Assembly: GCA_021818425.1 (NCBI GenBank)
Contig: JAKAEC010000005.1
Span: 15,462-79,461 of the forward strand
Reading direction: 5' to 3'
Length of the DNA stretch: 64,000 nt
Source: Pseudomonadota bacterium
GTDB taxonomy: Bacteria; Pseudomonadota; Alphaproteobacteria; Acetobacterales; Acetobacteraceae
Shown: piece by piece, positions 9,701 to 18,809 of the stretch
Layout: each line of letters opens with the position of its first letter
Numbering within the stretch: the first letter of the stretch is position 1
The notes under the pieces: generated by a model
Database searches by the model: none
Seen by the model: only the letters and a program-made list of their open reading frames with translations
What the model was told of the DNA's origin: nothing
Position numbers and translations under genes: made by a program

Positions 9701-10657
9701 ATGCGCCAGTATCTAGAATTTGAAAAACCTGTCGCCGAGCTTGAAAGCAAGATCGAGGATCTTAGGCGGATGACGGTCGCGCCCGGCGACATTAACATTG
9801 CCGATGAGGTGGCGAAGCTGTCGGCTAAGGCCGATGCGCAACTCAAAGCCATTTACGCCAAGCTGAGCCCGTGGCAAAAAACGCAGGTTGCCCGGCATGC
9901 AGAGCGGCCGAAGGCACTGGGTGTGATCTCCGCTCTGATCGAGGACTTTACGCCGCTGGCTGGGGACCGCGCCTTCGCCGACGATGCTGCCATCGTGGGA
10001 GGCATGGGTCGATTCCGGGGGCGGGCGGTGATGGTGATTGGCACCGAAAAGGGGGTCGATACCGAATCGCGGCTCAAACATAATTTCGGCATGGCTAAAC
10101 CTGAGGGCTACCGCAAGGCACGCCGGCTGATGGAATTGGCCGGACGGTTTAATTTGCCGATTCTTACCTTTGTGGATACGTCGGGCGCCTTTCCGGGAAT
10201 TGAGGCTGAGGCCAGGGGGCAGGCGGAGGCTATCGCCCGTGGCATCGAGGCGTGTTTGGACGCGCCAGTGCCGTTTGTTGCCACTATCATCGGGGAGGGT
10301 GGCTCTGGCGGTGCCATCGCGCTGGCGGCGGGCAACGTCGTACTGATGTATGAGCACGCGATATATTCGGTTATCTCACCGGAAGGCTGTGCCTCTATTC
10401 TGTGGCGCGACTCGGCCCAGGCCGCCACAGCGGCCGAGGCTATGCGTATTACTGCGCAGGATTTGAAAAAGCTGGGGTTGATTGACGAGATTGTGTCTGA
10501 GCCAATGGGCGGCGCGCATCGTGACCCAAAGGCGGCTTTGGCGGCGCTGGGAGATGCCGTGGATAAGGCGCTGAGCCCGCTGCTGGATCAAAAGCCGGAA
10601 GCGCTAAGGGCAAAGCGCCGGGAGAAATTTTTGGCTATGGGCAAGTTGGGGTTATAA
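9701..10657 (+). CDS. accA: Acetyl-CoA carboxylase carboxyltransferase alpha subunit
   Basis: YLEFEKP, NFGMAKPEGYRKA, IGEGGSGGA, YSVISPEGCASILW. Confidence 0.96.
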   Translation: MRQYLEFEKPVAELESKIEDLRRMTVAPGDINIADEVAKLSAKADAQLKAIYAKLSPWQKTQVARHAERPKALGVISALIEDFTPLAGDRAFADDAAIVGGMGRFRGRAVMVIGTEKGVDTESRLKHNFGMAKPEGYRKARRLMELAGRFNLPILTFVDTSGAFPGIEAEARGQAEAIARGIEACLDAPVPFVATIIGEGGSGGAIALAAGNVVLMYEHAIYSVISPEGCASILWRDSAQAATAAEAMRITAQDLKKLGLIDEIVSEPMGGAHRDPKAALAALGDAVDKALSPLLDQKPEALRAKRREKFLAMGKLGL

Positions 10658-11050
10658 GCTGCCGCGTCGGCCCCATCCTGGCCGGTTGGTGAGCAGGCTG
10701 AGCCACGTAATTAGCCCGAGCGCCGCGCCGATGATGCCTTGCGTGCCGTTATAGTTAACTACCGCGGTGATGCCGAGGCCGACGGCGAGCCCAGCCAACG
10801 TACGCTGGCCCAAAAAAAATGCTGTCAGCCCCGCCGTGAGCGCGGCCCAGCCGAATACACCATGATATTGCCCATGTAGCACCCATAAGCGTGGCACGCA
10901 CCACCCCGGGGCTGAGGCGGCCGCGCAGATGCCCACGGTGGCGCGTGGAACAATAGCCAGTTCGCGGAAGGCGAAGGCTGGTCCCGCGATTAGAGTGGCC
11001 AGAGTTACGCAGGCCCAATCCTGTCGTTTCCAGCGTGCTAATATGTCCAT
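10652..11050 (-). CDS. Hypothetical membrane protein
   Basis: 132 aa with ~4 hydrophobic segments and a Cys pair; fills the accA-glyQ gap; AGGA-type RBS upstream. Confidence 0.65.
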   Translation of the reverse strand: MDILARWKRQDWACVTLATLIAGPAFAFRELAIVPRATVGICAAASAPGWCVPRLWVLHGQYHGVFGWAALTAGLTAFFLGQRTLAGLAVGLGITAVVNYNGTQGIIGAALGLITWLSLLTNRPGWGRRGSL

Positions 11051-11123
11051 TTTCCTTCCTTCGTGGTTGCTCTTCCGGGTTCAGGGCCGTATTGCTGCGG
11101 CGCGTCAGTTTAACCAAAGGTCC

Positions 11124-11996
11124 ATGACAGTCCACAGCACAACGGGGAAGCCAAAGAGCTTCCAGGACATCATTCTGACATTGCACGCCTTCTGGGCCAA
11201 GCAGGGTTGCGTGATTCTTCAGCCTTATGACGTGGAGATGGGTGCCGGTACCTTTCACCCCGCCACCACACTGCGCGCTTTGGGAAACAAGCCTTGGAAG
11301 GCCGCCTACGTGCAGCCTTCCCGCCGTCCCTCTGATGGCCGCTACGGCGAAAATCCAAACCGTTTGCAGCATTATTATCAGTACCAGGCACTGCTGAAGC
11401 CGAGCCCGGACGACATCCAGGACCTGCTGCTGGCTTCTTACGATGCCATCGGGATCGACCGTCGTCGGCACGACATCCGCTTTGTAGAGGATGATTGGGA
11501 AAGCCCGACGCTGGGGGCCTGGGGGCTCGGTTGGGAGGTTTGGTGCGACGGCATGGAGGTCACGCAGTTTACCTACTTCCAGCAGGTGGGCGGCATCGCT
11601 TGCGTCTCGCCGTCAGCCGAGATCACGTATGGCCTCGAACGCCTAGCGATGTATGTACAGGGCGTTGAGAACGTGTACGATTTGGATTTCAACGGTCAGG
11701 GTGTTTCCTACGGAGACGTGTTCCTGCGGGCCGAACGGGATTATTCCAGGCATAATTTCGAGCTGGCGAACACGGAGATGCTAGCAAGGCACTTCGAGGA
11801 TGCTGAGACCGAGTGCCAAGCTCTGGTAGAAGCGGGTGTAGCGCAGCCGGCTTACGATCACTGCATCAAGGCTAGCCATTTGTTTAATCTTCTGGATGCT
11901 CGAGGAGTGATCTCGGTGGCGGAGCGTGCTGCTTATATCGCCCGGGTACGCAATTTGGCTAAGGCCTGCGCTGAAATCTGGGTGGCGGGAGAGTAA
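11124..11996 (+). CDS. glyQ: Glycine--tRNA ligase alpha subunit
   Basis: [42 protein letters not shown]. Confidence 0.97.
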   Translation: MTVHSTTGKPKSFQDIILTLHAFWAKQGCVILQPYDVEMGAGTFHPATTLRALGNKPWKAAYVQPSRRPSDGRYGENPNRLQHYYQYQALLKPSPDDIQDLLLASYDAIGIDRRRHDIRFVEDDWESPTLGAWGLGWEVWCDGMEVTQFTYFQQVGGIACVSPSAEITYGLERLAMYVQGVENVYDLDFNGQGVSYGDVFLRAERDYSRHNFELANTEMLARHFEDAETECQALVEAGVAQPAYDHCIKASHLFNLLDARGVISVAERAAYIARVRNLAKACAEIWVAGE

Positions 11997-11997
11997 G

Positions 11998-14007
11998 TTG
12001 GCCGAATTTTTCATCGAACTCTTCTCCGAAGAGATTCCGGCACGCATGCAGGCCGACGCTACGGCACAGCTTGAACGCATTTGCGCATTAGCATTAAAGC
12101 CGCTGAATATTGTTGTGAAGCGGGTGTTTTACGGTCCGCGCCGCATTGCGCTGAGCGCGGATGTTGCCGGGGAAGTGTCAGCCAGCGGGATTTCCGAGCG
12201 CGGGCCGCGCCTCTCTGCCCCTGAGCAAGCCTTGGCGGGGTTTCTGCGCAAGCACGGTGCCAAGAAGGAGGACTTGGCTAACGAAGGCGATTTTTGGGTG
12301 CTAAACAAGCAAAGCTCGGCCCAACCCGCCGCCGCGTTTATCGCCGCCGTATTGCCGGAAGCACTGGCGAAGTTGCCCTGGCCAAAATCCATGCGCTGGG
12401 GCTCGGGTGGAGAGTTCGCCTGGGTACGCCCGCTGCGTCGGGCGATATGCCTGCTAGATGGCACAGTGGTGCCAATCGTGCTCGGCCCGGTGGTTGCAGG
12501 CAACGTAACTGAAGGCCACCGCGTGCATGCAAAGGGGCCGTTTGAGGTTTCGTCCGTCGCTGTTTGGGAAGAGAAGCTGCGTGAGCATTACGTGATCGCA
12601 GACCAAACCGAACGCCGGGCCAAAATCACCGAAGGCATCGCGGCAGAGGCCGCGAAGTTTGGTCTTTCTGTAGTTCCGGATGACGGGCTGCTGAACGAGG
12701 TAACAGGGTTGGTCGAATGGCCGGTTGCGCTGGTCGGTAAGATTGAGAGGGAATTCATGGAACTGCCGCCCGAGGTGCGCGAGCTCTCCATGAAGAGTAA
12801 CCAGAAATATTTCGCGTTGCGCGATGAAACCGGTGTCCCGGTTCCGTATTTTGCGTTTGTGGCGAATCTGGCGGCAGATGACGAGGGGGCGGCAATCATA
12901 GCGGGCAATGAGCGCGTGCTGCGCGCTCGGCTTGCTGACGCGCGGCATTTTTGGGCGTTGGACATAAAAACGCCGTTGGATAGGCTGCTGCCGAAGCTGG
13001 AGAAAATCACCTTTCATGCCAAGATTGGCACGCAGCGCCAGCGCGCGGACCGGATCGCGAACTTAGCCGAGGAGGTTGCTCGAGCGCTTGGAGGCACGGC
13101 TGAGGAAGTCGGGCAGGCGGGGGAGGCAGGGCTGCTAGCCAAGGCGGACCTTGTTACCGGTATGGTGGGCGAATTCCCAGAACTGCAGGGCGTCATGGGC
13201 GGCTATTACGCCGCGCGCGGGCGTAGTTCGGTGGTGGGTAGGGCAATTTCAACCCATTACCAGCCGAAAGGTCCTTCTGACGACGTGCCTACAGGCATTG
13301 TTGCGATTGCGGTGGCGCTGGCTGACAAACTGGACACGCTACGGGAGTTTTTTGCCATAGGCGAGAAGCCGACAGGCTCGGGTGATCCGTTTGCGCTGCG
13401 CCGCTGTGCGCTGGGGGTAATCCGAATCGTGCTGGAAAATGATCTGCGGTTGCATTTGATGCCGTTCACTAAAGGCAATGGCGAGCTTTTCGCTTTTATT
13501 GTCGAACGTTTACGCGTGAAACTGCGCGGCGAGGGTAAGCGCTTCGATGTATTGGACGCAGTGCTGGCATCTAGTGTTCAGCCAGATGATGACTTGTTGC
13601 GTTTGATGAAGCGCGTTGAAGCGCTGGAGATTATGCTTAGTTCTGAGGACGGCAAAAACCTCCTGGTAGCTTATAAGCGTGCAGCGAATATTCTGAAGAT
13701 CGAGAGCGCCAAAGATGGGCCGTATGAAGGGGCGGTCCATGAAGGTGACTTAATGGACGCGGAAGAACGCGCGTTAAATGTCCGATTACAGTCTTTTGCG
13801 GAGACGCTTGGGCTGTTATTGTTAGAGGAAGACTTTCTCGCCGTAATGACTGGCCTAGCCACGCTACGCCCCGTCATTGACGCATTCTTTGCAAATGTTA
13901 CGGTAAATGCAAAATTGCCTGAATTGCGTCGCAATCGTTTGCGATTGCTCGCGCGTTTTAAAGGTGCAGTTGACCAAGTAGCGGATTTTTCACGCATAGA
14001 AGGCTGA
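11998..14007 (+). CDS. glyS: Glycine--tRNA ligase beta subunit
   Basis: ELFSEEIPARMQ, WPKSMRWG, GNERVLRARLADA, EFPELQG, TGSGDPFALRR; TTG start inferred. Confidence 0.96.
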   Translation: MAEFFIELFSEEIPARMQADATAQLERICALALKPLNIVVKRVFYGPRRIALSADVAGEVSASGISERGPRLSAPEQALAGFLRKHGAKKEDLANEGDFWVLNKQSSAQPAAAFIAAVLPEALAKLPWPKSMRWGSGGEFAWVRPLRRAICLLDGTVVPIVLGPVVAGNVTEGHRVHAKGPFEVSSVAVWEEKLREHYVIADQTERRAKITEGIAAEAAKFGLSVVPDDGLLNEVTGLVEWPVALVGKIEREFMELPPEVRELSMKSNQKYFALRDETGVPVPYFAFVANLAADDEGAAIIAGNERVLRARLADARHFWALDIKTPLDRLLPKLEKITFHAKIGTQRQRADRIANLAEEVARALGGTAEEVGQAGEAGLLAKADLVTGMVGEFPELQGVMGGYYAARGRSSVVGRAISTHYQPKGPSDDVPTGIVAIAVALADKLDTLREFFAIGEKPTGSGDPFALRRCALGVIRIVLENDLRLHLMPFTKGNGELFAFIVERLRVKLRGEGKRFDVLDAVLASSVQPDDDLLRLMKRVEALEIMLSSEDGKNLLVAYKRAANILKIESAKDGPYEGAVHEGDLMDAEERALNVRLQSFAETLGLLLLEEDFLAVMTGLATLRPVIDAFFANVTVNAKLPELRRNRLRLLARFKGAVDQVADFSRIEG

Positions 14008-14018
14008 GGACCAGGGCC

Positions 14019-16691
14019 ATGGCAAAATGGGTCTACAACTTCGGCGGCGGCGTGAATGATGGCAATGTGGCACTTCGTAGCCTGCTTGGCAGCAAGGGCG
14101 CGAACTTGGCTGAGATGGCGAGCATCGGCCTGCCTGTTCCGCCAGGCTTTACGCTGACGACGGAAGTCTGCGCCGCCTATTACAACAATGACCGCAACTA
14201 TCCGGCTGAGTTGAAGTGCCAGGTGGACGAGGCCCTGGCCCGCATTGAAAAGGCGGTAGCGCGTAAATTTGGCGACAAAGACAAGCCACTGTTGGTGTCC
14301 GTGCGATCCGGTGCGCGCGTTTCCATGCCCGGCATGATGGATACTGTGCTGAACCTCGGCTTGACCGACGAAACCGTGCTGGGCCTTGCCGCCGCTTCCG
14401 GCGATGAGCGCTTTGCCTGGGACACTTACCGTCGCTTCATCCAGATGTATGGTGCCGTGGTACTGGGGGTGGAGCATCATCGATTCGAGGAAATCATTGA
14501 ACAGACCAAGGTCGATGCTGACGTGACAGAGGACACCGCACTCTCCACCAGGCACTGGCGTGAGGTTGTTGGCGCGTACAAAAAAATGGTGGTCGAAGAA
14601 CTGGGCAAACCCTTTCCCCAGGACCCGCAGAACCAGCTTTGGGGGGCTATTGGCGCCGTGTTCGGCAGCTGGATGAACCCGCGTGCCAATGTTTACCGCC
14701 GCCTGCACGAAATACCGGCTGATTGGGGCACGGCGGTGAATGTTCAGGCCATGGTGTTCGGTAATATGGGCGATGATTGCGCCACCGGCGTATGTTTTAC
14801 CCGTGACCCATCCACCGGGGAGAACGAGTTCTATGGCGAATATCTGCTGAACGCGCAGGGCGAGGACGTGGTGGCAGGCATCCGCACGCCGCGTCCGCTC
14901 TCAAAAGCCTATGCGAAGCATGACGAAATCTCCATGGAGGAGGCGTTACCTGAAGCCTATCAGGAACTGCGCAAGGTCCGTGAAGCCCTCGAAAAACACT
15001 ACCAGGATATGCAGGACATCGAATTCACCGTGCAGCAAAACAAGCTCTACATGCTGCAGACTCGTACGGGCAAACGTTCCGCCGTTGCGGCCTTGCGCAT
15101 TGCCGTGGAAATGGCGAATGCGGGGCTACTCGACCACGACACGGCCGTGATGCGTGTGAACCCAGCGGCACTCGACCGGCTTCTGCATCCCACGTTGGAT
15201 CCTAAGGCGGAGAGGGCTCTGTTTGCCACCGGGCTGCCGGCTTCGCCGGGGGCGGCCTCGGGCGCCGTGGTATTTTCGGCCGATGAGGCGGAGGCACGCG
15301 CGCAGAAGGGTGAGGCCGTTATTCTGGTGCGGGTTGAGACCACTCCCGAGGACATTCACGGCATGCATGCAGCGCGTGGCATTTTGACCACTCGCGGCGG
15401 CATGACTAGCCACGCCGCCGTAGTGGCGCGTGGCATGGGTCGGCCCTGTGTGGCGGGTGCTGGCGGCATTGGGGTTGATTACATTACGCAGACGTTATCG
15501 GCAGGCGGGGCGTGTTTGCATGTTGGTGAGATTGTGACCATCGATGGCTCCACCGGCGAAGTTTACGTCGGGGCGGTAAGGATGATCGAGCCGCACCTTT
15601 CGGGTGACTTTGGTACGATAATGAAGTGGGCTGACGAGGCCCGCCGACTGCAGATTCGCACTAATGCAGAAACCACCTTGGATGCAGAAACGGCGCGTAA
15701 ATATGGCGCCGAGGGAATCGGCCTCTGCCGGACAGAGCATATGTTTTTTGACGCTGCGCGCATCGGCGCGGTGCGGCAGATGATCATGTCCCGCGACGTG
15801 GTCGGGCGGCGCTCGGCTCTTGCTCGGCTGCTGCCCTTTCAAAGGGAAGATTTCATCGCGTTGTTCAGGATCATGGAAGGGCTACCCGTTACAATCCGCC
15901 TGCTGGACCCGCCGCTACATGAATTTCTGCCGCATGGTGAGGCGGAGTTGGCGCAAGTGGCCGGCACGCTTGGTATGGACGAAGCTGCCATGCGCGCTCG
16001 TTTCGCAGAGCTCGCTGAGACTAACCCGATGCTTGGCCATCGCGGCTGCCGCCTTGGCATCAGCTTTCCAGAAATTTACGAGATGCAGGCCCGCGCCATC
16101 TTTGAGGCAGCGGTTGAGGTTTCCAAGATTGCCAGGGCGCCGGTGCCGGAGATCATGATCCCGCTGGTGAGCACCAGGAAGGAGCTAGACATAACCCGTG
16201 CCCAGGTTGAGAGTGTGGCGCAGGCGGTGTTCGAGGAGACCGGTAAGACCATAGACTATAAGGTCGGCACGATGATCGAACTACCGCGCGCGGCACTGTT
16301 GGCGGGTGATATTGCTGTAGCCGCTGCGTTTTTCTCGTTTGGTACAAATGATCTGACACAGACCGTGTTCGGGCTCTCCCGCGACGACGCTGGTAAATTC
16401 CTGCCTGTTTACTTGGAGAAGGGCATTTTGTCGAAGGACCCGTTTGTCTCTCTCGACGTGGAGGGAGTGGGCAGCCTGATAAGAATTGCAGCTGAGCGCG
16501 GAAGGGCTAAGAAACCGGGGCTAAAGCTAGGCATATGCGGCGAGCATGGCGGCGATCCGGCCTCCATTGCGTTTTGCGAAAGCGTTGGGCTGGATTATGT
16601 ATCCTGCTCACCCTATCGCGTTCCAGTCGCGCGTCTGGCGGCGGCGCAGGCTGCAATCAAGGCCAAAACGCCTCATTTTCGGGATAATTAG
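14019..16691 (+). CDS. ppdK: Pyruvate, phosphate dikinase
   Basis: KGANLAEM, SMPGMMDTVLNLG, GGMTSHAAVVARG, SFGTNDL, ICGEHGGDP. Confidence 0.97.
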   Translation: MAKWVYNFGGGVNDGNVALRSLLGSKGANLAEMASIGLPVPPGFTLTTEVCAAYYNNDRNYPAELKCQVDEALARIEKAVARKFGDKDKPLLVSVRSGARVSMPGMMDTVLNLGLTDETVLGLAAASGDERFAWDTYRRFIQMYGAVVLGVEHHRFEEIIEQTKVDADVTEDTALSTRHWREVVGAYKKMVVEELGKPFPQDPQNQLWGAIGAVFGSWMNPRANVYRRLHEIPADWGTAVNVQAMVFGNMGDDCATGVCFTRDPSTGENEFYGEYLLNAQGEDVVAGIRTPRPLSKAYAKHDEISMEEALPEAYQELRKVREALEKHYQDMQDIEFTVQQNKLYMLQTRTGKRSAVAALRIAVEMANAGLLDHDTAVMRVNPAALDRLLHPTLDPKAERALFATGLPASPGAASGAVVFSADEAEARAQKGEAVILVRVETTPEDIHGMHAARGILTTRGGMTSHAAVVARGMGRPCVAGAGGIGVDYITQTLSAGGACLHVGEIVTIDGSTGEVYVGAVRMIEPHLSGDFGTIMKWADEARRLQIRTNAETTLDAETARKYGAEGIGLCRTEHMFFDAARIGAVRQMIMSRDVVGRRSALARLLPFQREDFIALFRIMEGLPVTIRLLDPPLHEFLPHGEAELAQVAGTLGMDEAAMRARFAELAETNPMLGHRGCRLGISFPEIYEMQARAIFEAAVEVSKIARAPVPEIMIPLVSTRKELDITRAQVESVAQAVFEETGKTIDYKVGTMIELPRAALLAGDIAVAAAFFSFGTNDLTQTVFGLSRDDAGKFLPVYLEKGILSKDPFVSLDVEGVGSLIRIAAERGRAKKPGLKLGICGEHGGDPASIAFCESVGLDYVSCSPYRVPVARLAAAQAAIKAKTPHFRDN

Positions 16692-16720
16692 AGCGTTTTT
16701 CTGTCCAGGGCGGGTTTTGG

Positions 16721-17182
16721 TTATGTTGTTCCGTCGAGGGACGGAACGTGACACCCTGCCAAGACTTGATGGTGGAATTTTGGCCAGACTTGCGTTCGGC
16801 CGAACAATGGCAAGCCGATATAACCGTGCAGAACTAGATTTCCGGCGTTGTCGAATCTCACTGTCGTTCGGTAGATATGTCCGTTTCTTGGGTCTTGGAG
16901 TACGCCGCGCCAGCGCGGCGCGCTAGGTTTTGCCGGGGTAGGGGATACGCGAAGCATCAAAAAGCCGCACTGCGATCGGCCCTGCCAGTCTGTGGGCATG
17001 GCATCACTAGGATGATCAAGGGCGATGCCCTCTATGAAGCCACAAAGATCGCCGCCGCACGGGCTGATTTGCAGGACGATCTGGCGGCTCGAGGATATCC
17101 AATATCCGGCTTGAAAAGCTTCTGCCCGGGTGGGGCCGGCCAGCATGAAACTGGCCAGCAGCCAATGGCGAAGAATATTCAT
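16721..17182 (-). CDS. DUF2147 family secreted protein
   Basis: Signal peptide, CGGDLCG, WRGVLQDPRNGHIY, GYIGLPLFGRTQVW. Confidence 0.8.
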   Translation of the reverse strand: MNILRHWLLASFMLAGPTRAEAFQAGYWISSSRQIVLQISPCGGDLCGFIEGIALDHPSDAMPTDWQGRSQCGFLMLRVSPTPAKPSAPRWRGVLQDPRNGHIYRTTVRFDNAGNLVLHGYIGLPLFGRTQVWPKFHHQVLAGCHVPSLDGTT

Positions 17183-17323
17183 GTCTCCCAGACGGTGCCA
17201 CTTGTTGAGGCTTTCCGCAGTCAAACTCCTAACAAAGCTGCAAGCTGATGCAATAGGCGTAACATGTAACATCGGCATCATTTTGGGTTGTGTTGCAAAA
17301 AAGTTGCACAGGCGCCACGGTAG

Positions 17324-18049
17324 TCAGAATTGGTCTTTCGCCATGCGGAGTAACCCGAATGTGTCCGCATCTTTGGCGCGGATGAACGGGTTGGTGGCGC
17401 GCTCCTCGCCGATCGTGACAGGCAGGGTGGGCAGGCCTTTAGCCCGTAGCGATTGGATATGCTTCGCGCGGCGTTGTAATGCTTGGTTTTCAGGGTCCAT
17501 AGCCAGAGCAAAGGCGGCATTGGAGGCGGAATATTCGTGCCCGGCACAGACGAGGGTGTCGTCTGGTAAGTCATGGTATTTTGCCATGGAACTGAACATC
17601 TGGGCTGCCGAACCCTCGAACAGCCGGCCACAGCCCAGGCTGAACAACGTATCGCCCGGCAGCAAGATACCGCCATCGGCGATATAGTAGGAGATATGGC
17701 CTAGCGTGTGGCCGGGCGTCTCGATCACCCGTAGCCGGGCGGTGCCAAAATCCACCATCGAGCCCTCATGCACCGCGATGTCCAGCTTCGGTAGGCGGTG
17801 CGAATCGGCGGAGTTGCCGACGACAATGGGGTGATATTTGTTCACCAGCTCTGGCACGCCATTCACATGATCGTCGTGATGGTGGGTTAGGAATATGAAA
17901 TCTAGCCTCTTGCCGAGCTGCTCCAGCGCGGCGATAGCGGGGGCGGCCTCGGCAGGGTCGACAATGCCTGTCTTCCCGGTCGTCTCGTCGGTGAGCAGCC
18001 AAGCGTAATTGTCCGAAAGCATTGGAATGGCCTGAACGGTAACAGTCAT
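17324..18049 (-). CDS. gloB: Hydroxyacylglutathione hydrolase (glyoxalase II)
   Basis: DNYAW, THHHDDH, TPGHTLGH, GDTLFSLGCGR, GHEY. Confidence 0.95.
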   Translation of the reverse strand: MTVTVQAIPMLSDNYAWLLTDETTGKTGIVDPAEAAPAIAALEQLGKRLDFIFLTHHHDDHVNGVPELVNKYHPIVVGNSADSHRLPKLDIAVHEGSMVDFGTARLRVIETPGHTLGHISYYIADGGILLPGDTLFSLGCGRLFEGSAAQMFSSMAKYHDLPDDTLVCAGHEYSASNAAFALAMDPENQALQRRAKHIQSLRAKGLPTLPVTIGEERATNPFIRAKDADTFGLLRMAKDQF

Positions 18050-18092
18050 TGATCTCTGTCGCTCCTTCACTTTGCCGGACTATATAGAGACA

Positions 18093-18809
18093 ATGGCGAT
18101 TGATGCGCGAGATGCTGCTGGATTTTATGCAACGCCTCTGGGACGGCATGCAGTTGGTGTGTTGCAACGCAAGCTCGGCCGACTGTGGCCGCGCGTGGCG
18201 GGGCTTTCTGTGTTGGGCATTGGCCATGCCGGGCCGTGCCTACACGTCTGGCGGGAGGAGGCGCGTTGCATTGCGGTTTCTCCGGCGTATATGGGGATTG
18301 CGCCATGGCCACCCGGTCGGCTAGGGCTTTCCTGCCTCGCCGAAGCTGAGGCGCTGCCGTTTTCGGATCTTTCCTTCGACCGGGTTTTGCTCATCCACGG
18401 GCTTGAGCAGGCGGATAATGCTAGACGCATGCTGCGGGAGGCCTGGCGGGTGCTGAAGGATGACGGCAGATTGATCGTGGTGGCACCGAATAGGCGCGGG
18501 CTATGGGCGTATGCAGAAAGCACGCCGTTTGGTCATGGCCAGCCTTATTCGGAAGGGCAATTGGCGCGGCTGCTTGGTGGTCTGTTCTTTACTGTGGAAG
18601 CACAGACGACCGCGCTGTTTGCTCCACCCTTTACCAACGCACCCATGCTCAAGCTCGCCGCATTGTTTGAAGCCTGCGGCCCGCTGTTGGCACCGCAATT
18701 CGCGGGGCTCGCGATTGCCGAGGCCAGCAAAGCATTACACGGCGCTGTTCCGGCAGGAAAGGTGGTGGCCACACCCCGGCGTGTACTGGTTGGGGGCAGC
18801 GAGGTTTAG
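18093..18809 (+). CDS. Class I SAM-dependent methyltransferase-like protein (YafS-like, divergent from gloB)
   Basis: FYATPLG, LPFSDLSFDRVLLIHGLE, PNRRGLW, TPFGHGQPYS. Confidence 0.85.
   Translation: MAIDARDAAGFYATPLGRHAVGVLQRKLGRLWPRVAGLSVLGIGHAGPCLHVWREEARCIAVSPAYMGIAPWPPGRLGLSCLAEAEALPFSDLSFDRVLLIHGLEQADNARRMLREAWRVLKDDGRLIVVAPNRRGLWAYAESTPFGHGQPYSEGQLARLLGGLFFTVEAQTTALFAPPFTNAPMLKLAALFEACGPLLAPQFAGLAIAEASKALHGAVPAGKVVATPRRVLVGGSEV

Noticed and set aside
13671-14708. Long antisense ORFs (345 aa here; also 40283-41005, 42761-43522, 47810-48655, 53773-54555)
   Set aside because: Shadow or alternative-frame ORFs over well-supported genes, as expected in high-GC DNA; no family motifs.
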